Shown here: piece by piece, positions 1 through 10,860 of the stretch | How the letters are laid out: the number at the start of each line of letters is the position of its first letter | How positions within the stretch are numbered: position 1 is the first letter of the stretch | From: Zootoca vivipara | Lineage: Eukaryota | DNA: 64,000 nt | Direction of reading: 5' to 3' | Assembly (NCBI RefSeq): GCF_963506605.1 | Contig: NC_083277.1 | Location: forward strand, 18,476,001 to 18,540,000 | Program-made: the position numbers and the translations under genes | Notes under the pieces: generated by a model | What the model saw: the letters and a program-made list of their open reading frames with translations, nothing else | Told to the model about the DNA's origin: nothing | The model's database searches: none

Positions 1-511
1 GTTTACAGAACCTTTTCGCCATTTGGTTCTACACGAGGTGCTTGGCCTCCGTTCCTCGTTCCCGCATTCTCAGTCCACTGGAAGTTATTGGTGGCATATC
101 TGCTGAGCCCTCTGGTCTGGTGGTGCTGAATGTCAGATCAGTCCATAATAAAACCATGCTCACCCATGATTTGTTTGTGGATTAGCAGACTGACCTGGCT
201 TGCTTCCGTGAGTGAGCTGGGTGGGCCTGCTTTTACCCAGCTGTGCCCATTTGCTTTTTCTGTACTTCTAGACTAGGGGGTTGAGGCAGGGGTGTTGCTA
301 TTGTCTATAGAAACATCATCTCCTTCACCAGGAAGCTTCTTAACCATGAGATGGGTTTAGAGCAGGGTTTTCCGAAATTGGGTCTTCAGCTATTTTTGGA
401 CTACAACTCCCATCATCCCTAGCTAGTAGGACCAGTAGCCAGGGATGTTGGGAATTGTAGTCCAAAATCAGCTGGAGACCCAAGTTTGGGAAACCCTTGT
501 TTTGAGGGTCT

Positions 512-760
512 AGCTGAGGCTCCAATACTTTGGCCACCTCATGAGAAGAGAAGACTCCCTGGAAAAGACCCTGATGTTGGGAAAGACTGAGGGCACTAGG
601 AGAAGGGGACGACAGAGGACGAGGTGGTTGGACAGTGTTCTCGAAGCTACTAACAGGAGTCTGACCAAACTGTGGGAGGCAGTGCAAGACAGGAGTGCCT
701 GGCGTGCTATGGTCCATGGGGTCACGAAGAGTCGGACATGACTAAACAACTAAACAACAG
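512..760 (+). mobile_element. BovB/RTE LINE 3' end
   Basis: YFGHLMRREDSLEKTLMLGK.EG.RRRGRQRTRWLD, ending in the gactaaacaactaaacaac tail. Confidence 0.9.
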
Positions 761-1610
761 CAGCAGCCTGGTGCTGGACCAGGGAGACAGATCATGGCTG
801 CTGCTGGTCTACCAACCACCCTCTTGCCCAGCAGCATTCCTGATCAGGTAGTCTCTGGGGTATAGTTGGGAGAGCCCTAAATAGTAATCCTGGGTGACAT
901 CAATATCCACACGGAGGCCAGCTCAAGACTTCACAGCCTCCATGACAACTATGGGTCTCTCAGCTGGTCACTGGTGCAGCACACCAAGCAGGGCGCACAC
1001 TCAATGTGATCTTTGCCCCCAGTGATAGCAAGGATGGACTGGAGAAAGAATGCTAACTAATTTCACTGGGCAACGGGGCTTTTTCCATCCCATGATCTTC
1101 CTAACGGCACAAGTGCTGCAGATGTGGCCACACCAAGGATTTGTGCAAGCTTGTAAGGACACCAGCTAATTATATTGCTTACCCTTCTGCCATAAAAACA
1201 AGCAGCTTAACTTTCTGATAACTAGATCAATCTGGTGTCAAAAGCACAGTGGTAGGCTAATTAAAGACAAAAGAACAGTCTGCTGGCTCAAGTCAAGTTG
1301 TTGGCCATCACTATAGTAATTTTTTTCTAGACAGTTGGCAAACCTAGATGGCAGCCTTCTGTGGACACTTTTAAGAAACACTTTGTGGCAGCCTTCTGGC
1401 AACCTTTTAGCTGCCCTCTTGAGTGGACCAGGGAATCTTCCTTCCTTCCTTCTCTCTCCATCACAAAAGGTACCTGCCATCACTTCCCATGTATTCATGA
1501 TTCCTGTATGCAGTCCAAGAATGGTGATTAAGAACAGTGGGAGTTCTCTCTTGCTGGAGTGTACTTGTTTGAGCATGTCTCTCTCTCTGCTGTGCTTTCC
1601 ACGCCCAGCC

Positions 1611-1864
1611 ATGCCGAAACCTTGTGTTGGAGGCAAACTGTGCACAGACTTAGACTTGGGAGCGTCTGCAGAAGACGACATGGCCCAGTCTCTTGGCCTG
1701 GTCAATTTCTTCCTGTTCATCTTTTCAGGGATGCTCCTCTATCATTACAGCAATACCTTCAGATACTATTTCAGGGTTTGTTTCCTAAATATTTGGATGT
1801 TCAATATGACCTCCCTTGTACTTCCTGTTCTAGCTCTCCGGGGTCGAACGGTGGCAAATATGAG
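1611..1864 (+). CDS. AGPAT1/2-family 1-acylglycerol-3-phosphate acyltransferase-like gene, coding exon 1
   Basis: Pyrimidine tract plus AG ending at 1608, then gccATG at 1611. An alternative in-frame ATG at 1680 gives an AGPAT-sized N-terminus. Encodes hydrophobic segments ending LRGRTVANM(R), matching AGPAT1/2 RGRxVENM. Donor AG|gtgagt at 1864/1865. Spliced CDS from 1680 is 855 nt (284 aa) with no stop. Confidence 0.85.
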
Positions 1865-1988
1865 GTGAGTAAACTCTTACAGCTGTGTGGCTTTGTACAG
1901 TATCTTGCTTTTAGGGACTCTGTGCTCACATAGGAGTGTGCAATGTGACTCCTTCATAGCGGTCCAATAACTATTGAGCTTTTAAGCC

Positions 1989-2311
1989 CAGGGGTCAGCA
2001 ACCTTTTTCAGCCGTGGGCCGGTCCACTGTCCCTCAGACCATGTGGTGGGCCGGACTATATTTTTTGGGGAAAAATATGAATGAATTCCTATGCCCCACA
2101 AATAACCCAGAGATGCATTTTAAACAAAAGCACACATTCAACTCATGTAAAAACACCAGGCAGGCCCCACAAATAACCCAGAGGTGCATTTTAAATAAAA
2201 GGACACATTCTTCTCATGTAAAAACACGCTGATTTCCGGACTGTCCGCGGGCTGGATTGAGAAGGCAATTGGGCCACATCCGGCCCACGGGCCTTAGGTT
2301 GCCTACCCCTG
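1989..2311. mobile_element. hAT-Charlie-like MITE
   Basis: CAGGGGT...ACCCCTG ends; flanking TTTTAAGC repeat. Further copies at ~3458-3712 and ~45142-45473. Confidence 0.8.
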
Positions 2312-4131
2312 TTTTAAGCAGTGGTGTCCCGTCAGGGACTTTGGGGCAGGTGTCCAGAGCCACGCTCAGCAATATGAGAGGGTGAAGGTGGGACCAACTC
2401 CAGGAGGACTGCCTTGTCACATTTTGTGTAATTAGGCCCCCACCCCACTCCAGAGACACGATCCGGTTCACTTTTAAAGGCAAACCTACAAAATCTGCAC
2501 TTTCCAAAACAATATGCGAACTGAAACACTTCCATCCTTTTACATTTGCTCTTTCTGGATTTTGCAATGCACTTCTACAGACAAGTACTGTAATGTGTTT
2601 GGAAAAGCATACATTGCAGCAAAGGGTGCATATAGAAATGCATCTATTAGGGTAAAACATGCTAGCGGAAATTGCATACAAATATGTGTGCAGTAGGAAG
2701 AATTCACTTTAAAACCCTGGTGAATTTTCATGAGGACTTTTTAAAAAACTGGAAAGGTGGAGAACTGAACTTCAAACTGGCAAAATGAGAGAAACCGAAA
2801 TTGAGAGGCTCGCCCACCCTCAGTATGGAGTAGGGTTGTCCACAGGAAGAAAATCCCTTGCAGAAACATGGTGGCCAAACCATCCTCACGTTCCCTAGCA
2901 CATAGGGTCTAGCTATAGGTCTGCTGAGGGAGGGAGTGTCCATTGGACATGGTGGCTGGGGGTGGTGAGGACTGTACTGTAGTTCAAAACCTTTGGAGAG
3001 CAGCAAGTTGGGAAAGGCTGGCTTAACACCAGAAATGAGTTATGCCTTCTTGCTAAGCAGTCTTTTGTTGACCGGGTTGCCCATGATTGTGAAAGGAAGA
3101 GAGCTTCATGGTTGGGAAAGTGTTTGTTGACACTTAAGATACTCATCAGAGGCTGGAGGTGACATTCCTTCAGCTTCAAGGAGAGGCAGCTGTGACTTAT
3201 TCAGGTCTGATTGGGAGATTTAACCATTTGGTTTTCCTGCAATCCAGATCTAAGGGCCCTGTGCCTGCTATGTGCATCTCACGTGGTTTCTTCCATTTTT
3301 TTTCTACTGCCCCCCCCCCCCGGCCTGGAGCTTAGGGCAGTCTACAAGATGCTCCTCTTGTTATCTTCATGACATCCCTGTGAAGTAGCCAAAATGAGCA
3401 TCATGGCCAAGTAGGGATTTGAACCTGGGTCTCCCCAGTTGTGATGCAACAGTCTTACAGGGGCCAGCAAACTTTATCAGCAGGGAGCTGGTCCACTGTC
3501 CCTCAGACCTTGTGGAGGCCAGACTATATATTTTTTTGTGGGGGGGGAAATGAACGAGTTCCTATGCCCCACAAATAACCCAGAGATGCATTTTAAATAA
3601 AAGGGCACATTCTATTTCTGTAAAAACTCGCTGATTCCCGGACTGTCCGCAGGCCGGATTTAGAAGGCAATTGGGCCGGATCTGGCCCTGGGCCTTAGTT
3701 TGCCTACCCATGCACTACACCATACAGTCGTACCTTGGAAGTCGAAAGGAATCCGTTTCGGAAGTCTGTTTGACTTCCAAAACATTCAGAAACAAAAGTG
3801 CGGCTTCTAATTGGCTGCAGGAAGCTCCTGCAGCCAATCGGAAGCTGCGGAAGCCCCTGTGAATGTTTGACTTCCAAAAATAGTTCGCAAACCAGAACAG
3901 TCACTTCCGGGTTTGCGGCGGTCGGGAGCCAAAACGTTCGAGTCGCAAGGCATTCAACTTCTGAGGTAAAACATTCGAGAACTAAGCTGTTTGAAAACCA
4001 AGGTATGACTGTACTAGATTTCATCCTAACAGGCTGTAGCAGGCAACTGTCTTGCTTGTAAAGTTCTCGCTCCTGTCCTTCAACACCTTTGACCTTCCTA
4101 AAACGCCTCTGGTTTTGCTGCCTTGTTTTAG

Positions 4132-4265
4132 AGTCCTCCGCTTTGCCTTGCTGCCAGCGAAATACTTCCTCGGCATCAAATTCAAGGTGCAGGGTGCTCA
4201 GAACTTTAACCAGAAAGTGCCGTATGTTGTGGTTGCCAATCAGCAATGCAATGTGGACATCCTTG
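4132..4265 (+). CDS. AGPAT1/2-like coding exon 2 (motif I region, PYVVVANQQCNVD)
   Basis: ttttag| acceptor, G|gtacgt donor, 134 nt, phase 2 to 1. Same length as I recall for the human AGPAT1/2 exon. Confidence 0.9.
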
Positions 4266-4498
4266 GTACGTTGGTTGCATGCTTAAAAGCCTCAATCTCT
4301 TTCTCCCATCCAGTTGAAAGGGCTGGAGTGACCCACCTACAGCTTTACACATATTGCCCTGTGGCATCCTAATTGCAGTGGGCCACAGAGAGTAGCTACC
4401 TGCCCTGTAGAAATTTGCTGATAGAGAAAATATATTCAGATCATCACTGGTAGGAGGGCATGGACTACTGGCACAATATACCCTAATTTAGCCCACCA

Positions 4499-4789
4499 TG
4501 CAGGTGGCGCTGTGGGTCGGCAGTTCGAATCCCCGTGATGGGGTGAGCTCCCGTTGCTCGGTCCCAGCTCCTGCCAACCTAGCAGTTCGAAAGCACGTCA
4601 AAGCACGTCAACCTGCGGGAAGGTAAACGGCGTTTCCGTGCGCTGCTGTGGTTTGCCAGAAGTGGCTTAGTCATGCCGGACACATGACCTGGAAGCTGTA
4701 CGCCGGCTTCCTCGGCCAGTAAAGCGAGATGAGCACCGCAACCCCAGAGTCGTCCGCGACTGGACCTAATGGTCAGGGGTCCCTTTACC
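4499..4789 (+). mobile_element. Sauria SINE
   Basis: gcaggtggcgctgtgg...gcagttcgaaagcacg...ggtcaggggtccctttacc; TSD TAGCCCACCA. Confidence 0.85.
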
Positions 4790-5230
4790 TAGCCCACCAA
4801 AATGTCACAAAAATCACGTGAGATTTTTGGAGAGATTTTTGGAGAGTTTATTTTATCCTGGCCATAGGCAACAACGAATAGCATTGTATAAACATAGTGA
4901 AGAGGGCCTATGCATTGTGAGGGTAATGCTCCCTGCATCCAGGTGTATGTGTGAAGAGGCAGATAAAACACAATGCGCACATCCCTCTCCCTCCAAGGAA
5001 CTCAGGCTACCTTTAGCCTCACAACCACCCTGTGAGATAGGCCAGCCAAGAGAAGATGTGTCTTTGACCCAAGATAATCCCGGTGGCTTCATAGCTAAGC
5101 AGTGATTTGGTCCCAGGTCTCCCCAGCCCAAATCTAACTAATACACTACCTCTCTCGCTAGGGGCTGTAGGGAAGGGTGGGAGGAACTGCACAGCCAGAG
5201 TTCATTTTGACTGTCTTCCAATTGTCCCAG

Positions 5231-5406
5231 CAATGCTTCAGATTTTGCCGGAGAGAAGCACCTTCATTGTTAAAAAGGAGATCTTACGCTTTCTTACTGT
5301 CGGCATGGCCTGCTGGCTGAGCAGCTTCGTTTTCGTTGACCGCCGGAACAGGGAAACATCTGCCAATTCCATATCGGAAGCAGCAGGCGCGATGGTCCGT
5401 GACAAC
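5231..5406 (+). CDS. AGPAT1/2-like coding exon 3 (motif II, FVFVDRR)
   Basis: cccag| acceptor, AAC|gtgagt donor, 176 nt. MLQILPER...KKE...GMACWLSSFVFVDRR...MVRDN. Confidence 0.92.
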
Positions 5407-5454
5407 GTGAGTGTCAGGGAAATTAGCTCTCCAGGGAAATTAACTCTCGTTATG

Positions 5455-6085
5455 AATGGTTGAGGGAATTGGGAATGTTTAGCCTGGGGAAGAGAAGGCT
5501 GAGAGGTGATATGTAAGCTCATCTTCAAATATCTGAAGGTTGCCAAGACAGAGCAAGCTTGTTTTCTGCTGCTCCAGACAGCAGGACCCAAACCACTGGA
5601 TTCAAATTACAGTGGTACCTCAGGTTACAGACGCTTCAGGTTACAGACGCTTCAGGTTACAGGCTTCAGGGTAGTGGAGCGCTAACCCAGAAATAGTACC
5701 TTGGGTTAAGGACTTTGCTTCAGGATGAGAACAGAAATCGCGTGGTGGCAGCAGGAGGGCAATTAGCTAAAGTGGTACCTCAGGTTAAGAACAGTTTCAG
5801 GTTAAGAACGGATCTCCAGAACGAATTAGGTTCTTAACCCGAGGTACCACTGTACAAGAAAGGAGATTCCGACTAAACATCAGGAAGGACTTTCTGACAG
5901 TAACAGTGGAATGGACTCTTGGCGGGGGGGGGGCAGCAGCGAGGTGAACTCTCCTTCATTTGAGGTTTTTAAGCAGAATTTCGATGGCCACCTGTCGGAG
6001 ATTCTTTAGCTGCAATTCCTGCATTGCAGGAAGTTGGACTAGATAAGCCTTGGGGGTCATTTCTAACTCTTCAGTTCCATGATTC
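5455..6085 (+). mobile_element. CR1 3' end interrupted by a Tc1/mariner-type MITE (5610-5852)
   Basis: CR1 text ttcaaatta|caagaaaggagattcc is split at a TA. The MITE has CAGTGGTACCTC terminal inverted repeats. Confidence 0.8.
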
Positions 6086-6294
6086 CATGAGAGGGGTAAG
6101 GAGGCAGTGATGTCTGCCCAGTGAATGCACCAGCAGAGTCAATCCCATGCCGTCACTGGTACTTTTACACCATGCCAACCCTATTGCCACCTCGCCCATC
6201 CTGGCAAGCTGCAGCAATACGTATGGCAGATTACGTAAGTGTTTATTGTTGCCCTGTCTTGCCAATGGCAACCAGTGGGAGGACAACCCTATAC

Positions 6295-6742
6295 CTTACC
6301 TTCCAAGTCCCGGACTGCAGAATCCGGGACCGGCAGCCGTGTGACACCGGAAATTACGTTGACGTGACTTCCAGTGTCGCTTTGCCCTTCTATGGGCACC
6401 AAAAATGGCCGCCACCGCCTTCGAAAGTCGCTTGTACGCATGTCAGGAAGTGCGCCAACGCAACTTCCGGTGTCGCTCCGCCCATCTATGGGCACCAAAA
6501 ATGGCCGCCGCCAACACCGGAAGTCGCATCTATGCACTTCCGGACATGCGTAGATGCGACTTTTGAAGCCGGCGGCGGCCATTTTTGGTGCCCATAGAAG
6601 GGCAAATCGGAAAGAAAAAAATGGCCGCCGGCAGGAGAAAATAACGGAGAAAAGCGGGAGATGAAGTGATATGGGGGACCACGGGGAAAAGGTAAGTAAA
6701 AACGGGGGTTTCCCGGGGAAAACGGGGTACTTGGCAGCTATG
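6295..6742. mobile_element. Non-autonomous hAT element with internal subrepeats
   Basis: 8-bp TSD CCCTATAC; right TIR acttggcagctatg; ctatgggcaccaaaaatggccgcc occurs twice direct and once inverted. Confidence 0.8.
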
Positions 6743-6842
6743 CCCTATACACCACTTTGCATGTCTTGGAGGAAAGAAAATACAGTAGATAGATAGACAA
6801 CTAGGCAGACAGACACCCTTCCAAGCCATTATTGATATAGGC

Positions 6843-7089
6843 TGAAATATACTCAGAGTCGCGGAGTGATTTCATGCTCTTTATTGCAGCTCGTAAAACA
6901 GTGATAAATCCCCCCCCCAACCTCTGGCTTTATATACATTATTTACACAATGGGTCCCATCTGATTGGCTGATTTTGTTTCCCTCCTGGCCTGGGGCCTG
7001 ATTGGGCTGCTCCTGCAGGCCAATCAGGTTTTTTGCCTTCTAGGATCCTACCTGCCTATTGTTCTAGGATCCAAACTTAGTACATAACA
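6843..7089 (-). mobile_element. Solo LTR
   Basis: TG...CA termini, 5-bp TSD TAGGC (6838-6842, 7090-7094), CCAAT boxes, TATA-like and AATAAA on the minus strand. Confidence 0.85.
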
Positions 7090-7247
7090 TAGGCAGTGCT
7101 TTTTTTTCCTGGGGGGGACGCAGGGGTATGCATACCCCTAAACATTTTGTGAATCTAAGTTTGTCCTCATTGAGGGGCAGCATTTCAATATGAGTAGGAA
7201 AATGAGAGTACCCCTAAACATTTATAAAGAAAAAAAATCACTGGATA

Positions 7248-7498
7248 CAGTGGTACCTCGACTTACGAAGGCGATCCGTTCCATGGCGCTCTTCGTAAGT
7301 CAAAACCTTCGGATGTCGAAGCGTCCATTTTGCACATGCTTGAAGCGCGATTGATTTTGCGCTTTGCGCATGCGCAGACCGCGCACGCGCTTCTGCGCAG
7401 GCACAGAACGCGCGCAGGGCGAAAATACTTCCGGGTTTGCCGACTTCGTAAGTTGAAACCTTCGTAGGTTGAGGCATTTGTAAGTCGAGGTACCACTG
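7248..7498. mobile_element. Tc1/mariner (Tigger-like) MITE
   Basis: TIR CAGTGGTACCTCGACTTAC, TA TSD. Relatives at 3725-4011, 16041-16281, ~20771-21006, ~22295-22582, 30286-30386, 34205-34430, 35485-35715, 48392-48649 and 52711-52987. Confidence 0.88.
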
Positions 7499-7701
7499 TA
7501 TAGGCCATTATTTCTAGGCTAAAAAATGGTCTCGTTTTCTGTACTGAGTCCTCTGCAGTATCAGAGCAGATGAAAACTTAACTGGAAGAAATCACATCAG
7601 GGAGAGACTAAATTGTAGCCACTGAATTTGTCTGTGTTCCAGTTCTAGGTGAAAGAAAATTCATGTTTGAACATCCTTTCAGTATTCTCTTTCCCCTGCA
7701 G

Positions 7702-7800
7702 CTGAGAATCTGCATGTTCCCTGAAGGCACTGGAGACAATGACAGGGCTGGTTTGCCTTCCTTCAGACATGATGCCTTCCATCTGGCCATGAAAGCTCAG
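7702..7800 (+). CDS. AGPAT1/2-like coding exon 4 (motif III, FPEGTG)
   Basis: cctgcag| acceptor, CAG|gtgaga donor, 99 nt. LRICMFPEGTGDNDRAGLPSFRHDAFHLAMKAQ. Confidence 0.92.
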
Positions 7801-8846
7801 GTGAGACCATCCAGCTTCCAATCCTGTTGCTTATTCCTGCATCCTATTTACTAATAGTGGACTCATTCTCCGAGTGGCTATCCTAAGCTAAAAGGACCAG
7901 GCTTGTAGGAGCTGGGAGCATGTCCCACTTTTAAAGTTTATGTGCTGCAGTTGGATTGAGGTCAGCCGAATAGGGCTGCCAGCTGTTGCCATTAGGCAAA
8001 TTCACCTCAGGTTCAGTATAAGGTATTTTGTGGAGTAAGCCAGGTATTTCAAATCACAGGACAGATTACACTCTCCAAATCCTGCCAGGAGCTGCTGTAT
8101 TAATGCATACCCAAAGCAGTGAATGATCTTAAAAGGGTATTTTAAAAACACATAGCACTACAGCCCAGACAGACTGACCCCTTCCCCACCACTTCCCCCT
8201 GTGTGCTATTTTTCTGACACTCCACCTAATGCCAATTTGGGATGGGGCACTGGGGAAAGCCCCATTGCACTAGCCAAAGTCTTCGGACTCAGCGACATTA
8301 GTAAAGAAACAATGCTTTGAATGAGTTATAAACATGCAACACCAGATGGCGCCAGAGGGCAGAATATTTTTCTATGTGGTTTTCCATAGGGGTTTTTTCC
8401 TCTTTTTGTTATAACAATCTAATTTATAGCATTTTCCTCTCTCCTGTGAGCAGATTTGCCCTTTGTGTAGGCTTCTACCAGCAGGACTCATTCAATGAAT
8501 CTGGCCCATTAAAAAAACAGTAAAACAAGAGACTAAAAAGAAAAAAGTTCAACAAAACACCAAAGATGAAAAGCAGGGTGGGTGGGGAGCACCAATCCCC
8601 CCCAAACAACAACTTTTTGTGATAAGGATAGGGGAAACGCAGTGGAAAGTTTGAGATAACACTTGTTTTGATGTGATGTCAGCTGACCTCACAGTGAGCA
8701 AATGGAAAGTGAATGGTCAACAAGCAGGTTGTCTGGAAGTGTTCTTAGTCTGGGAGAGCATTAAAAAGCAGGACTCCCTTAGATTCAATATGGGCAAAGG
8801 TAAATTTCCATTTGACTGGTAGCTGATGTGCCTTATGTCCACGCAG

Positions 8847-8919
8847 GTGCCAGTTATTCCTGTGGTGATTTCCTCCTACCAGACGTTCTTCAACGCGAGA
8901 ATTAAAAAATTCACACCAG
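8847..8919 (+). CDS. AGPAT1/2-like coding exon 5 (motif IV, VPVIPVV)
   Basis: acgcag| acceptor, G|gtagct donor, 73 nt. VPVIPVVISSYQTFFNARIKKFTP(G). Confidence 0.92.
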
Positions 8920-8984
8920 GTAGCTGTGGGAAAGAAATGGGATGGGAAAGTGTTCTGGGACATGGCCTGAGACTGGAACTAGAT

Positions 8985-9121
8985 CAGGCATCCCCAAACT
9001 GCGGCCCTCCAGATGTTTTGGCCTACAACTCCCATGATCCCTAGCTAACAGGACCAGTGGTTGGGGAAGATGGGAATTGTAGTCCAAAACATCTGCAGGG
9101 CCGAAGTTCTGGGGATGCCTG
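8985..9121. mobile_element. ~137-bp palindromic hAT MITE (abundant family)
   Basis: TIR CAGGCATCCCCA, TSD AACTAGAT. Relatives at ~363-498, 12110-12245, ~12370-12498, ~23129-23264, 30861-30976, ~31606-31729 and 63808-63944. Confidence 0.88.
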
Positions 9122-9241
9122 AACTAGATGCTATGAAGCAAACTCATTTTTTTCCAAACTCCATGCTTGCTACCGAAGCTGGACTGGGGAAGGGGCTCCG
9201 TTTGCAGGGGATACAGCACTTATTTTGTTTTCTCTTCCAAG

Positions 9242-9429
9242 GGGAAGTGACAATCCAGATCCTTCCGCCCATGAAGACTGAGGGACTGAGCGCAGCTGAT
9301 GTCCAAGAATTTGCAGGCCGCGTGCAAGAGACTATGCTCCCTATTTTCCATGAGATCTCAGCGCTGAAGCAGGAAGGTGCGACTGGAGAAGATGCCTACC
9401 AAGCTGCCAATCGCCAAGTATCTTCGTAA
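9242..9429 (+). CDS. AGPAT1/2-like last coding exon
   Basis: Pyrimidine tract plus AAG| acceptor. EVTIQILPPMKTEGLSAADV...ML.IFHEIS matches the AGPAT1/2 C-terminus. TAA at 9427-9429. Confidence 0.9.
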
Positions 9430-10402
9430 CCAGGTCTTTCCACCTCATTTATTCCCACCCTTTGGCTTCACATTTACCGCAGCTCTGTTTTGGCCTAACT
9501 GCCCTCCATGGCTTAGCTTGCATGTTCCGGATGGACCAGGAAATCTATCTGTAAGGTCATAGGCTGCGTACAAACATACCTTTACAGACCCTCCAAATGC
9601 CCCTATTTTCCAGTGACGTCCCTAATCTAGAGAGGCCATCCTGGTTTCTGATTTGATCTTGGAATGTCCCACTTTTCCTTAGGATGTTCCTATTTTCACT
9701 GGAGAAATGTTGGAGGGTATGGAGTTATCCGACCTCCCCGAGCCATCTGAAGGCAATCCTCTATAGGGAAGTTTGTTTAATGTTTTATTATGGTTTTTTA
9801 AAAATATGTTGGAAGCTGCCCAGAGTGGCTGGAGCAACCTAGAAAGATGTGTGGGGTATAAATAGTAAAATTATCATTATGGAATCGGACGTCCCTATTT
9901 TCATCAGAGAAATGTTGGAGGATATGCCTTTAAAGCACCTTTGTCCCCTCAAAGAATTCTGGGCACTTCATGTAAACACTCAGCGAACTGTATGTAATAT
10001 AGATCGGAAAATTGCCCAGAGTTACAATTTCCAGTAACCCTTAACAAAACTACAGTGCCCAAAAGTAGGGGGAATGTGTTTCAAATGTACTTTTGAAGCA
10101 GAAAAAGGGAGTAGCAGTAAATGGAGAGATATAGACAGTAGAGTCCCTCAAAGATTGGTAATGGGACCTGTGCTTTTTAACTTGTTCATAAGCAATTTAG
10201 AGTTGGAGTGGCCAAGTTTGCTGGTGATACTAAGTTTAAGGTTACCAGACGTCCCCATTTCCCGGGGACAGCCCACGGATTTACAAATCAGTCTCCATAC
10301 AAAAGCCATTCAAGTTGAAAAGTGTCCCCAGATTTACTGAATTTTTTTGGTAACTTTAACTAAGTTGTTGAGGGTAGATAGAAAAGACAAAGGCCAAAGC
10401 CG

Positions 10403-10442
<40 letters not shown>

Positions 10443-10459
10443 GGACAAGCTAGAATAAT

Positions 10460-10860
10460 AGAATCTCTTAGAGTTGGAAGGGACCCCATGGGTCATCTAG
10501 TCCAACCCCCTGCAATGCAGAAATCTCAACTAAAGCAGCCATGACAGATGGCCATCCAACCTCTGCTTAAAAATCTCCAATGAAGGAGATTCTACCACCT
10601 CCTGAAGGAGACTGTTCCACTGTCAAACAGCACTTACTGTTAGAAAGTTCTTCCTGATGTTTAGGTGGAATCTCCTTTCTTGCAACTTGAAGCCATTGGT
10701 TCGAGTCCTACCCTCCAGAGCAGAAGACGACAAGCATATTCCCTCCTCTATGTGACAGCCCTTGAGATATTTGAAGATAGCTATCATATCTCCTCTCTCA
10801 ATCTCCTCTTTTCCAGGCTAAACGTTCCCAGCTCCTTCAAGTGTTCCCCATAAGGCGTAG
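10460..10860 (-). mobile_element. CR1 LINE 3' end
   Basis: agagttggaagggacccc...tccaaccccctgcaatgcag...ctttccaggctaaacgttcccagctcc. Confidence 0.85.
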
